Source of the DNA: an uncultured Gammaproteobacteria bacterium | Lineage (GTDB): Bacteria > Patescibacteriota > Patescibacteriia > Patescibacteriales > WJLG01 | Direction of reading: 5' to 3' | DNA: 64,000 nt | Assembly (NCBI GenBank): GCA_964395625.1 | Contig: CAYNAR010000002.1 | Location: 781-64,780, forward strand | Part shown: piece by piece, positions 42,539 to 51,602 of the stretch | Layout: every line of letters starts with the position of its first letter | How positions within the stretch are numbered: position 1 is the stretch's first letter | Position numbers and translations under genes: made by a program | Notes under the pieces: model-generated | Seen by the model: the letters and a program-made list of their open reading frames with translations, nothing else | Databases searched by the model: none | What the model was told of the DNA's origin: nothing

Positions 42539-43006
42539 ATGAGAGGAAAACAAGCCCCAAAAAGAAAGAAGGACGGAGATCTCCGCTATAACGATCAAAA
42601 TATCGCCAAGTTGATTTGCTACGTCATGAAAGATGGCAAGAAGAGCGTTGCCGAAAAGATCGTTTACGATTCTTTTGAATTCATCAAGCAGGATGCCAAG
42701 CAGGATCCTCGCCATGTTTTCAATAAGGCCATGAAGAAGGTTGCCCCTTTGATTGAGGTCAGAAGCAAGAGAGTCGGTGGTGCCAACTTCCAGGTTCCGT
42801 GCCAAGTTCGCGGTAATCGCCGTTTCATTTTGGGTTGCCGTTGGATGCTCGATGCCGCTAAGGCTAGAAAGGGTATGCCTATGTCCAAGAGATTGGCTTT
42901 GGAGATTCTCGATGCCGCTAAGGGCGAAGGTTCCGCTGTCCGCAAGCGCGATGATGTGCATCGCATGGCCGAGGCCAACAAGGCTTTTGCCCATTTCGCC
43001 AAGTAG
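42539..43006 (+). CDS. rpsG: 30S ribosomal protein S7
   Basis: 155 aa. VEVRSKRVGGANFQVP. Follows rpsL. Confidence 0.95.
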   Translation: MRGKQAPKRKKDGDLRYNDQNIAKLICYVMKDGKKSVAEKIVYDSFEFIKQDAKQDPRHVFNKAMKKVAPLIEVRSKRVGGANFQVPCQVRGNRRFILGCRWMLDAAKARKGMPMSKRLALEILDAAKGEGSAVRKRDDVHRMAEANKAFAHFAK

Positions 43007-43022
43007 AATCATAAAACATCCT

Positions 43023-43056
43023 TTTTTGGAAGGGATGTTTTATTTTCAAAAATAAT
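43023..43056 (+). terminator. terminator-like hairpin between rpsG and fusA
   Basis: AAAACATCC pairs with GGATGTTTT, followed by ATTTTC. Confidence 0.4.
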
Positions 43057-43106
43057 TTTAAAAAGTAAGAATATAAAATATTCAATCTTTAATTATCAGT
43101 TTCTAC

Positions 43107-43134
43107 AATTGGTAATTGATAATTGACAATTGAA
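43107..43134 (+). repeat. four tandem AATTGNN heptads immediately upstream of the fusA start
   Basis: AATTGGT AATTGAT AATTGAC AATTGAA, ending 3 nt before ATG 43138. Confidence 0.7.
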
Positions 43135-43137
43135 CAT

Positions 43138-45243
43138 ATGCCTCGAGATTACGCCTTAGACAAAATGAGAAATATCGGTATTTGCGCTCACATCGATGCC
43201 GGAAAGACGACTTTTTCCGAACGTGTTTTGTTTTACACCGGAAAGAAGTATAAAATCGGAGAAGTTCATGAGGGTGCCGCCGAAATGGATTGGATGGAAC
43301 AGGAGAAGGAAAGAGGTATCACCATCACTTCCGCCGCTACCACTTGTTTTTGGAAGAATCACAAAATCAACTTGATCGATACTCCGGGGCACGTCGATTT
43401 CACCGTCGAAGTCGAGCGCTCTATGCGCGTCTTGGATGGCGCTGTCGCGGTGTTCGATGGTTCTCAAGGCGTTGAGCCACAGTCCGAGACTGTTTGGCGT
43501 CAAGCTGACAAATATCACGTCCCTCGTATTTGCTTCATTAACAAAATGGATAAATTGGGCGCTGATTTCTATATGAGCTTCGATTCTATATTGAAGCGTT
43601 TGAATCCTAATGCCGTCGCCATTCAATTGCCGATCGGTGCCGAGAGCACTTTCTCCGGTATAATCGATTTGGTCGAAATGAAGGCTCGTCGCTTCGAGGG
43701 CGCTAATGGTGAGAATATCTTAGAATTCGATATCCCGGCCGACATGCTCGAGAAGTGCAAGGAGTATCGCGCTAATATGGTCGAGAAAGTCGTGGAGTGC
43801 GATGAGGCTATGATGGAGAAGTATTTGAATGGTGAGGAGATTTCTATCGATGAATTGAAGAAGACTATTCGCAAGGGCGTCGTCGCCAGTGAAATCTACC
43901 CTGTTATGTGTGGAAGTGCTTTGCAGAACGTCGGTGTTCAATTGGCTTTGGATAACGTCGTCAATTATTTGCCGTCTCCTTCCGACGTCGAGAATATTAA
44001 GGGTACCGATGTCGACGATCCGGAAAAGAAGATCGAAATCCATCCTTCTGATGACGAACCGTTTACCGGATTGGCTTTTAAAATCGCCACTGATCCTTTT
44101 ATTGGTAAATTGTGTTTCGTCCGCGTCTATTCCGGAAAACTGGAATCCGGTTCTTATGTTATAAATTCTTCTAATGGAAACAAGGAACGTATCGGACGCT
44201 TGGTTAGAATGCATGCCAATCGTCGTGAAGAAGTCTCCGAAGTCTTCGCTGGTGACATTGTCGCCGTCGTTGGCTTGAAGGATACTACCACTGGTAACAC
44301 CTTGTGCGACGAGAGACGTTTGGTCCACTTGGAGAGCATCGAGTTTCCTGAGCCGGTCATTCAGATCGCCGTGGAGCCGAAGACTAAAGCCGATCAGGAA
44401 AAAATGGGTGTGGCTTTGTCTAAATTAGCCGAAGAAGATCCTACTTTCCGCGTCGAGACCGACGAGGAGACCAATCAGACTTTGATTTCCGGTATGGGCG
44501 AATTACACCTCGACATCATCGTCGATCGTATGCGTCGCGAGTTCGGTGTCGAAGCCAACGTCGGCAATCCTCAAGTTTCTTATCGTGAAACTATTAATGC
44601 CCCGGCTTCTGCCGAAGGTAAATATATCAAGCAGTCCGGCGGACGCGGTCAATACGGACATTGCTATCTCCGTGTCGAACCGGCTGTCGCCGATCCAGAG
44701 ACTGGAGAAATCAAGCCTTTCGAATTCGTCAGCGAAGTCAAAGGTGGAACCGTTCCTCGCGAATACATCCCAGCTATCGAAAAGGGTGTTAAGGAAGCTG
44801 TTACTGGCGGTGTTGTCGCCGGTTACCCGTTGATCAATATCAAAGTCGCCGTTACTGATGGTTCTTATCATGAAGTCGACTCTTCGGAAATCGCCTTTAA
44901 GATGGCCGCTATCATGGGCTTCAAGGAGGCTTGTTCCAAGGCTAGTGCCGTCTTGCTCGAACCTATCATGAAAGTCGAGGTTACCACTCCTGAGGAATAC
45001 ATGGGTAACGTCGTCGGAGACCTTAGCTCTCGCCGCGGACAGATCGAAGAGATGGCTCAGAGAGGTTTGGCCAAGGTCGTCAACGCCAAGGTCCCACTTT
45101 CGGAGATGTTCGGATACGCGACGGAATTGAGATCCCTCACACAGGGTCGCGCCAACTACGTAATGGAGTTCTATCAATATAAGGAAGTTCCGAGAAATGT
45201 CCTCGAGAAGATAATCGAAAAAGAAGGAAAGTCCGGCAAGTAA
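43138..45243 (+). CDS. fusA: elongation factor G
   Basis: [21 protein letters not shown]. Start moved from TTG 43123 to ATG 43138 ([15 protein letters not shown]). Confidence 0.97.
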   Translation: MPRDYALDKMRNIGICAHIDAGKTTFSERVLFYTGKKYKIGEVHEGAAEMDWMEQEKERGITITSAATTCFWKNHKINLIDTPGHVDFTVEVERSMRVLDGAVAVFDGSQGVEPQSETVWRQADKYHVPRICFINKMDKLGADFYMSFDSILKRLNPNAVAIQLPIGAESTFSGIIDLVEMKARRFEGANGENILEFDIPADMLEKCKEYRANMVEKVVECDEAMMEKYLNGEEISIDELKKTIRKGVVASEIYPVMCGSALQNVGVQLALDNVVNYLPSPSDVENIKGTDVDDPEKKIEIHPSDDEPFTGLAFKIATDPFIGKLCFVRVYSGKLESGSYVINSSNGNKERIGRLVRMHANRREEVSEVFAGDIVAVVGLKDTTTGNTLCDERRLVHLESIEFPEPVIQIAVEPKTKADQEKMGVALSKLAEEDPTFRVETDEETNQTLISGMGELHLDIIVDRMRREFGVEANVGNPQVSYRETINAPASAEGKYIKQSGGRGQYGHCYLRVEPAVADPETGEIKPFEFVSEVKGGTVPREYIPAIEKGVKEAVTGGVVAGYPLINIKVAVTDGSYHEVDSSEIAFKMAAIMGFKEACSKASAVLLEPIMKVEVTTPEEYMGNVVGDLSSRRGQIEEMAQRGLAKVVNAKVPLSEMFGYATELRSLTQGRANYVMEFYQYKEVPRNVLEKIIEKEGKSGK

Positions 45244-45272
45244 AAGTCAAAAGCAAAATAACATCGCTCAAA

Positions 45273-45851
45273 ATGAAAAAACAATTACAAAAAGCTATCG
45301 ACTTGGCTGCTTATACTGGAGATAAAATCATCGTGGTAGATGATAAAAACGACCACGGAACAGTGATTTTACCGCTTGATGAATATGAGAGAATGATATT
45401 CGGTCAAGACGACGGCGGTGATTGGGGTGAAAACTTGACAGGGGAAGAAATGCTTGATAAGATTAATCGCGAAATCACCCTCGGTAAAAGCGTTGAAGGT
45501 AGCGATGAATCCGACGATCAAGAGGAGACGCATAATGAGGATGATTTTTTGACCTTTGGAAATGATTCTGTCGAAGACTTGAATCCTTCGCAGGAGTTGC
45601 CTCCGAATCTTCCGGTGGAGGACGATTTCCAAGAAGAAGAGGATTTGAACGATCCGGAAAAGGAAGAGAATATCTATTACTACGAAGAAGCTCCTATCGC
45701 ACCGGTCATTGCCGAAGAGAAAGCCGATACCATTAAAGACGAGGAAGAGAAAGAGAGTGATACCTTCACGAGTGTCGGAGAAGAATTGAAGAATAGACAT
45801 ACTTGGGATATATCGAATAATATAAAAAGCGGTGCCCAAGAAATAAAGTAA
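45273..45851 (+). CDS. hypothetical acidic protein; the N-terminus loosely resembles a Phd/YefM antitoxin fold
   Basis: 192-aa track ORF. KIIVVDDKNDHGTVILPLDEYERMI is followed by a long Asp/Glu-rich, low-complexity tail. It sits between fusA and tuf. Confidence 0.6.
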   Translation: MKKQLQKAIDLAAYTGDKIIVVDDKNDHGTVILPLDEYERMIFGQDDGGDWGENLTGEEMLDKINREITLGKSVEGSDESDDQEETHNEDDFLTFGNDSVEDLNPSQELPPNLPVEDDFQEEEDLNDPEKEENIYYYEEAPIAPVIAEEKADTIKDEEEKESDTFTSVGEELKNRHTWDISNNIKSGAQEIK

Positions 45852-45885
45852 TAAAATTTTAAAAAAATAATTAACAAATACGGCT

Positions 45886-45945
45886 GGTTTCCGCCTTTTG
45901 GCGGATAGAAACCCGGGACCCTGATTTTAAGGGAGGACTGGGGTC
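45886..45945 (+). promoter_or_regulatory. structured tuf leader (two hairpins, orphan AAGGGAGG)
   Basis: GGTTT-CCGCC-TTTT-GGCGG-ATAG-AAACC (45886-45913). GACCC...GGGTC (45917-45945) encloses AAGGGAGG, which is 23 nt from the ATG. Confidence 0.4.
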
Positions 45946-45959
45946 GTTAATTAAAACAC

Positions 45960-47147
45960 ATGGCAGGAAAATTTGAACGCACAAAGCCACATGTCAACGT
46001 AGGTACTATTGGCCACGTCGACCATGGCAAAACCACCCTTACAGCCGCTATCCTTGCGGTTTTGTCCGCTAAAGGTTTAACCGCTCAGAGCAAGAGTGTT
46101 AATGATTTGGATAAAGCTCCTGAATCTAAGGCTCGCGGTATCACTATTAATACCGCCCACGTCGAATACGAATCTGAAAAGAGACATTATGCCCACGTCG
46201 ACTGCCCGGGTCATGCTGACTACGTCAAGAACATGATCACCGGTGCCGCTCAGATGGATGGCGCTATCTTGGTCGTTGCCGCTACTGATGGCCCTATGCC
46301 TCAGACTCGTGAGCACATCCTTTTGGCTGGTCAGGTCGGTGTTCCTTACATCATCGTTTTCTTGAACAAGTGCGATATGGTCGAGGACAAAGAATTGATT
46401 GATTTGGTCGAAGAGGAAGTCCGCGATCTCTTGAAACAGTACAAATTCCCTGGCGATACTACCCCAGTCGTTCGCGGTAGCGCTTTGCAGGCTTTGAACA
46501 ACCCGACCGGAGAGTGGGCTGACAAGGTCATGGAATTGGTCGGTCATTTGGATGCCTACATCCCTGAGCCGATTCGCGACACCGAGAAACCTTTCTTGAT
46601 GCCTATCGAAGACATCTTCTCCATCGAAGGCCGTGGAACCGTGGTCACTGGAAGAATCGAGAGGGGTATTTGCAAATTGAACGATGCCGTTGAAATCGTC
46701 GGTTTGAAGGACACCCAGAACACCGTTATCACTGGTATCGAAATGTTCAACAAGCAGTTGGAAGAGGGTCAGAGCGGCGACAATGCCGGTCTCTTGCTCC
46801 GCGGTACTAAGAAGGACGATGTCGAGCGCGGTATGGTTTTGGCCAAACCGGGTTCCATCACTCCTCACACCGAATTCGATGCCGAGGTCTACGTTTTGAC
46901 CAAGGAAGAAGGCGGTCGTCACAAACCTTTCTTCAAGGGTTACAAGCCACAGTTTTACATCCGTACCACTGATGTTACCGGTGAAATCGAGCTTCAGGCT
47001 GGTATTGAGATGGTTATGCCTGGTGATACTACCAATTTGAAGATCAAATTGATCGCTCCGATCGCTTTGGAAGATAAAATGAAGTTCGCTATCCGCGAAG
47101 GTGGCAGAACTGTCGGCGCTGGTGTTGTTACCAAGATTCACAAATAA
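45960..47147 (+). CDS. tuf: elongation factor Tu
   Basis: 395 aa. [21 protein letters not shown]. Confidence 0.98.
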   Translation: MAGKFERTKPHVNVGTIGHVDHGKTTLTAAILAVLSAKGLTAQSKSVNDLDKAPESKARGITINTAHVEYESEKRHYAHVDCPGHADYVKNMITGAAQMDGAILVVAATDGPMPQTREHILLAGQVGVPYIIVFLNKCDMVEDKELIDLVEEEVRDLLKQYKFPGDTTPVVRGSALQALNNPTGEWADKVMELVGHLDAYIPEPIRDTEKPFLMPIEDIFSIEGRGTVVTGRIERGICKLNDAVEIVGLKDTQNTVITGIEMFNKQLEEGQSGDNAGLLLRGTKKDDVERGMVLAKPGSITPHTEFDAEVYVLTKEEGGRHKPFFKGYKPQFYIRTTDVTGEIELQAGIEMVMPGDTTNLKIKLIAPIALEDKMKFAIREGGRTVGAGVVTKIHK

Positions 47148-47159
47148 ACTGATATTTTT

Positions 47160-47183
47160 CCGGCCGCAGATTTTTGCGGCCGG
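47160..47183 (+). other. GC-rich hairpin without a U-tract between tuf and rpsJ
   Basis: CCGGCCGCA-GATTTT-TGCGGCCGG followed by GTGTAATG. Confidence 0.5.
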
Positions 47184-47225
47184 GTGTAATGTCCATTTAT
47201 TATTTAAAATAAGACAGGTAAAGCC

Positions 47226-47597
47226 ATGACTGCTGAAAAAATCAAGAAAGAGGAAAAAGAGGTAACTAAGGCCAAGAAGGGTGAAGAAGCGAGACAGAAG
47301 ATTCGCATCAAAATCAAGGCTTTTGATCACAAGATAATCGACAAGTCTACCAAGACGATTATCGATACTGTTCAAAAGAGTGGTGCCCAAATTTTTGGCC
47401 CTATTCCTTTGCCAACCGAGAAAGTGCGCTACACCGTTAACAGGTCGACCTTCGTTAACAAAGATGCTCGCGACCAGTACGAAATGAGAGTGCACAAGAG
47501 AATCGTTGACATTGTGGAGCCTTCCGCCAAGACCGTGGAGGATTTATCAAGTTTAAATCTCCCAGCTGGTGTTGACGTTGAGATAAAGATGGTCTAA
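47226..47597 (+). CDS. rpsJ: 30S ribosomal protein S10 with a Lys/Glu-rich N-terminal extension
   Basis: 123 aa. [18 protein letters not shown]...[20 protein letters not shown]. Confidence 0.95.
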   Translation: MTAEKIKKEEKEVTKAKKGEEARQKIRIKIKAFDHKIIDKSTKTIIDTVQKSGAQIFGPIPLPTEKVRYTVNRSTFVNKDARDQYEMRVHKRIVDIVEPSAKTVEDLSSLNLPAGVDVEIKMV

Positions 47598-47756
47598 AGA
47601 CCCTTTTTTCCGGCACTTTCAAGAAACAAATAAAGCTCAAAGTTATCTTTTTGACAACTCCTATTTTTTTATATAAAAATAGGAAAGTGTTAGATTGATA
47701 AAAAAGAAGCTAAAACAGGAGGAAAAAACAACAAACATAAGCGAAAAAATCTAATA

Positions 47757-47785
47757 TTGACTTTTCTTTGTTAATAAGTTATAAT
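47757..47785 (+). promoter_or_regulatory. near-consensus promoter TTGACT-17-TATAAT inside the rpsJ-rplC gap
   Basis: TTGACT at 47757-47762, a 17-nt spacer, and TATAAT at 47780-47785. Confidence 0.55.
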
Positions 47786-47823
47786 TCTTAGACCTATTAA
47801 CATAAATAGTTGGTGATTTTACG

Positions 47824-47863
47824 CATTGACCGTTTGTTGTGAGGTCAGTGTTTTATTTTTTTT
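47824..47863 (+). terminator. hairpin plus T-tract (candidate attenuator) 16 nt upstream of rplC
   Basis: CATTGACC (47824-47831) pairs with GGTCAGTG (47843-47850), followed by TTTTATTTTTTTT. Confidence 0.5.
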
Positions 47864-47878
47864 ATAAGGTATATCAGT

Positions 47879-48634
47879 ATGAAATTCATCATAGGCAAAA
47901 AAGTCGAAATGACTCAAATTTGGCAGGGTAGCAATGTGATTGGCGTAACCAAGGTTGCCGTCGGTCCTTGCACAGTCGTTCAGGTAAAAGACATGGAGAA
48001 AGATGGCTACAAGGCCGTTCAGCTTGGTTTTGGTGAAAGAAAAGCCAAAAATATCGCTAAACCGCAATTAGGTCATTTTAAGAAAGTTGGAAAGAACTTT
48101 TCCGTTTTGCGCGAGTTCCGCTTGGATAAGCCGACTCATGAGGAGAAAGCCGATGTCGTCGTTGGCGATGTCGTCAAGGCCGATTCTTTTGTCGCTGGTG
48201 ATATAGTCAAGATAACTTCAGTTTCCAAAGGTAAGGGCTTTCAAGGACCTGTCAAACGTCATCATTTCGCCGGAGGTCGCGCTTCTCATGGTAATAAAGA
48301 TCAATTGAGAATGCCTGGCTCTATCGGTAGCGTCGGTGCCGGACACGTTTTCAAGGGAACCAGAATGGCCGGTCGTATGGGTGGCGATAGAGTGACTATC
48401 CAGAATGTCGAGGTTATCGAAGTCGATGAACAGAATGGTTTTATATATTTGAAGGGTCCGGTTTCCGGAGCTCGTAATTCCGTCGTCGTTATGGAGGGTA
48501 ATGGTGATTTGAAGGTCGAAAAGCCGGAAGTCGCCAAAGAGGTTAAGGAAGAGGTCAAGGCCGAGGAGGCTGTGGCCGTAGTCGCAGAAACTGTCGCTCC
48601 GAAAGTTGAAGAGGGCGTCGAAGCTAAACAATAA
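47879..48634 (+). CDS. rplC: 50S ribosomal protein L3 with an Ala/Glu/Lys-rich C-terminal tail
   Basis: 251 aa. FIIGKKVEMTQIW..., GKGFQGPVKRHHF. Confidence 0.95.
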   Translation: MKFIIGKKVEMTQIWQGSNVIGVTKVAVGPCTVVQVKDMEKDGYKAVQLGFGERKAKNIAKPQLGHFKKVGKNFSVLREFRLDKPTHEEKADVVVGDVVKADSFVAGDIVKITSVSKGKGFQGPVKRHHFAGGRASHGNKDQLRMPGSIGSVGAGHVFKGTRMAGRMGGDRVTIQNVEVIEVDEQNGFIYLKGPVSGARNSVVVMEGNGDLKVEKPEVAKEVKEEVKAEEAVAVVAETVAPKVEEGVEAKQ

Positions 48635-48657
48635 GTTATTAGTAAAGTTTTGATCAT

Positions 48658-49347
48658 ATGTCCATCAAGCTAAAAGTCTATAATCAGAAAGGCGAAAACA
48701 CCAAGGAGATCGAGGTTTCCGACAAAGTTTTTGGAGTTAAGGCCAATCAGGTCGTCATCAACGAGGCCGTTGCCGCTCAGCGTGCTAACGAGCGCCAAGT
48801 TTTGGCCAATACTTTGGATAGATCCGAAGTTCGCGGTGGCGGTAAGAAACCGTGGCGTCAAAAGGGTACTGGTCGCGCTCGCGCCGGTTCTTCTCGTTCC
48901 CCGATTTGGATCGGTGGTGGTGTCACTTTCGGCCCTACCAAGGATAGAAATTTCAAGAAGAAGATAAATAAAAAGGCTCGTCAGGCCGCCATGTATATGG
49001 TTTTGTCCGATCGTTTGTCGGATAACCGTCTATTGGTCGTCGAGAATCCGGCTTTGGCCGAAATCAAGACTAAGGTCATGAACGAGGCTGTCACCAATTT
49101 GGAAGAGAAGGTTTTGAAGGTCGTCTCCACTGACGCTAAGAGCGGAAAGAAGACTCGCACCGAGAGAAGAAGCGTTTTGATGGTTTCCGCCGAGTATGAC
49201 GATAAATTGATCCGTTCCGTCAGAAATTTGTCAGGTGTTTCCATTATCAATTTCGAGAATATGAACATCCTTGATTTATTGAAGGGAAAGACTTTGGTCT
49301 TGACCGAGGGATGTGTTAAGAAGATTAATGGTGTTTATAAGAAATAA
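48658..49347 (+). CDS. rplD: 50S ribosomal protein L4
   Basis: 229 aa. RGGGKKPWRQKGTGRARAGSSRSPIW. Confidence 0.95.
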   Translation: MSIKLKVYNQKGENTKEIEVSDKVFGVKANQVVINEAVAAQRANERQVLANTLDRSEVRGGGKKPWRQKGTGRARAGSSRSPIWIGGGVTFGPTKDRNFKKKINKKARQAAMYMVLSDRLSDNRLLVVENPALAEIKTKVMNEAVTNLEEKVLKVVSTDAKSGKKTRTERRSVLMVSAEYDDKLIRSVRNLSGVSIINFENMNILDLLKGKTLVLTEGCVKKINGVYKK

Positions 49348-49369
49348 ATAACGGTTAATAGATAAAAAT

Positions 49370-49834
49370 ATGTCTTTGTTCAGCAATAAAAGTCAAACCG
49401 AAGAGAAGGACGGAAAGAAGGCCGTCAATTCTGCCGAGACCAAGCCAAGCATGAAAGAGCTTTATGGCGATGAAGCGGCTAAAAAGGAAGTCGTTTCCGG
49501 CGACAATAAAGCCGTCGAGGCTGCTACCAAATCCAAGAAACCGTCGGCTAACAAGTTATCCGGAGTTTTGGTTAAGCCTTTAGTCACCGAAAAGAGTAGT
49601 GTCTTGGGTGTTGAGAATAAATATATTTTCATGGTCGCTATCGATGCCAACAAGATTAAGGTTGCCGAGGCTATCGAAGCCGCTTATGGTATTAGACCGA
49701 CCAAGGTCAATATCATCAATGTCGAAGGTAAGACCAAGAATCGCGGTCGCATCGTCGGCAAGAGAAAGGATTGGAAGAAGGCGATCGTCACTTTGCCTGA
49801 AGGTAAGACCATCCAAGTTTACGAAGGTATTTAA
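49370..49834 (+). CDS. rplW: 50S ribosomal protein L23 with an N-terminal extension
   Basis: 154 aa. LVKPLVTEKS...FMVAIDANKIKVAEAIE. Confidence 0.9.
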   Translation: MSLFSNKSQTEEKDGKKAVNSAETKPSMKELYGDEAAKKEVVSGDNKAVEAATKSKKPSANKLSGVLVKPLVTEKSSVLGVENKYIFMVAIDANKIKVAEAIEAAYGIRPTKVNIINVEGKTKNRGRIVGKRKDWKKAIVTLPEGKTIQVYEGI

Positions 49835-49858
49835 TAAACAAATTTTTAGAAGATACAT

Positions 49859-50698
49859 ATGGGCGTTAGAAAAGTCAGACCAACAACCAATGCAAGGAGA
49901 CAGCTGGTTTACAGCGATTTTTCCGATATCACCGGCATGCCGGAGGTAAAGGGTTTGTTGAAGTCAAAAAAATCTACCAATGGTCGCAATAATCAGGGCA
50001 AGATCACTGTTCGTCATCGTGGCGGCGGAGTCAAGCGCATGGTTAGAGTCGTCGACTACAAGAGAAATAAATTCGATATCCCTGCCATAGTCAAGTCCAT
50101 CGAGTACGATCCGGGCCGCGGAGCTCGCATCGCTTTGCTTAATTATGCCGATGGAGAGAAGAGATATATCATCGCCCCCGATGCCTTGAATGTCGGTGAA
50201 AAGATTTTGAGCTCCAAGAAGGAGATCGAGATAAAGATCGGCAACGCTATGCCTGTCCAGTATATTCCGGCCGGCGTCGAGGTTCATGCCGTTGAATTGG
50301 AAGTCGGTAAAGGAGCCAGCGTGGCTCGTGGCGCCGGTAATTCCATAATGGTCATGGGTGTCGAAGGTAAATTCGCCCAGATCAAGATGCCTTCCGGTGA
50401 GATTCGCTTAGTTTGGAAGGATTGTCTTTGCACTGTTGGTAAAGCTAGTAATCCTGATCGTCGTCATATAACTTGGGGAAAGGCTGGACGTTTGAGAAAG
50501 ATGGGTATTCGCCCTGCTACTGTCGGTAAAGCCATGAACCCATGCGACCATCCTCATGGTGGTGGTGAAGGTCATCAGCCGATCGGTTTGAAAGGACCTA
50601 AGACTAAATGGGGTAAACCGGCTTTGGGTGTTAAGACTAGAGGCAGAAAGCCTACTGACAAGTTCATTGTTCAGAGGAGAAAGAAGAAGAATAGATAA
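49859..50698 (+). CDS. rplB: 50S ribosomal protein L2
   Basis: 279 aa. GRNNQGKITVRHRGGG, MNPCDHPHGGGEG. Confidence 0.97.
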   Translation: MGVRKVRPTTNARRQLVYSDFSDITGMPEVKGLLKSKKSTNGRNNQGKITVRHRGGGVKRMVRVVDYKRNKFDIPAIVKSIEYDPGRGARIALLNYADGEKRYIIAPDALNVGEKILSSKKEIEIKIGNAMPVQYIPAGVEVHAVELEVGKGASVARGAGNSIMVMGVEGKFAQIKMPSGEIRLVWKDCLCTVGKASNPDRRHITWGKAGRLRKMGIRPATVGKAMNPCDHPHGGGEGHQPIGLKGPKTKWGKPALGVKTRGRKPTDKFIVQRRKKKNR

Positions 50699-50719
50699 AT
50701 AATTTGAAATTTATTCAAT

Positions 50720-51007
50720 ATGTCTAGAAGTTCAAAAAAAGGCCCTTATATCAATGAAAGATTGGTCAATAAGATCAAAGCCTTAAAACCAACCGATAAG
50801 ACCGTCTTAAAGACTTGGGATCGCTCTTGTACAGTGACCCCGGAAATGGTCGGTTTCACTATCGGCGTCCATAATGGCAAGACCCATGTTCCGGTCTATG
50901 TCGTCGAAAATATGGTCGGCCACAAGCTTGGAGAGTTTTCCGCTACCAAGAAGTTTATCTCCCATGGCGGTAAAATGGCCAAGGAAGAGGCAGGTGCTAA
51001 AAAATAA
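50720..51007 (+). CDS. rpsS: 30S ribosomal protein S19
   Basis: 95 aa. SRSSKKGPYI..., GVHNGKTHVPVYV. Confidence 0.95.
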   Translation: MSRSSKKGPYINERLVNKIKALKPTDKTVLKTWDRSCTVTPEMVGFTIGVHNGKTHVPVYVVENMVGHKLGEFSATKKFISHGGKMAKEEAGAKK

Positions 51008-51036
51008 TTTCGGAATAAAAAGTAACCTTTAAGGAT

Positions 51037-51573
51037 ATGGAAATAAAAGCTAAAGCCAAATATATCAGAATGTCGCCGAAGAAAGTTCGCTTGCTGGCCG
51101 GTTTAGTGCGCGGTTTGAATGTCAAAGCAGCTATCGAGCAGTTGAATTTTTCAGGCAAGAAAGCCGCTTTGCCGGTTTCTAAACTGATTGAGTCGGCTAT
51201 CGCCAACGCCGAGCACAATTTCGAGATGGACAAAAACAATTTGTTCGTCAAAGAGATCAGTGTCGACGAGGCTCCGATGTTGCATCGTTGGACTCCGAAA
51301 GCTCATGGTCGCGCTGGTGCTATTCGCAAGAGAAATAGCCACATCAACTTGATTTTGGGTGAATTGAAGGAGAGTGGTATCAAGGAAGCTAAAAAGAGAA
51401 AGATCGACGATCCTATCTCTTTGGCTGAATTGGCCGGAAAGGGGACCGAGGCTAAGGCTGTTGATAATAAAGATGTAGAAAAGAAGGAGAAGACCGCTAA
51501 AACTAAGGTTGAAGGTGCTGGCAAGAAAGGTTTCGTCGGCAAGATGTTCAATCGTAAGAGCGGTCGCAATTAA
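51037..51573 (+). CDS. rplV: 50S ribosomal protein L22 with a C-terminal extension
   Basis: 178 aa. AKAKYIRMSPKKVRLLAGLVRG. Confidence 0.93.
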   Translation: MEIKAKAKYIRMSPKKVRLLAGLVRGLNVKAAIEQLNFSGKKAALPVSKLIESAIANAEHNFEMDKNNLFVKEISVDEAPMLHRWTPKAHGRAGAIRKRNSHINLILGELKESGIKEAKKRKIDDPISLAELAGKGTEAKAVDNKDVEKKEKTAKTKVEGAGKKGFVGKMFNRKSGRN

Positions 51574-51602
51574 AATAAATAAATCCGCAAATATTTTATC
51601 AT

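Noticed and set aside
46077-47495. A 472-aa minus-strand ORF antisense to tuf and the start of rpsJ. Similar long antisense ORFs occur opposite rpoB (32296..33570, 424 aa), mrdA (16997..17851), fusA (44503..45177, 43720..44328), mgtA, ileS and others.
   Set aside because: They lie opposite unmistakable conserved genes, translate to low-complexity sequence with no recognisable motifs, and have no promoter or SD. They are best explained by stop-codon depletion on the antisense strand caused by the codon bias of the sense genes.
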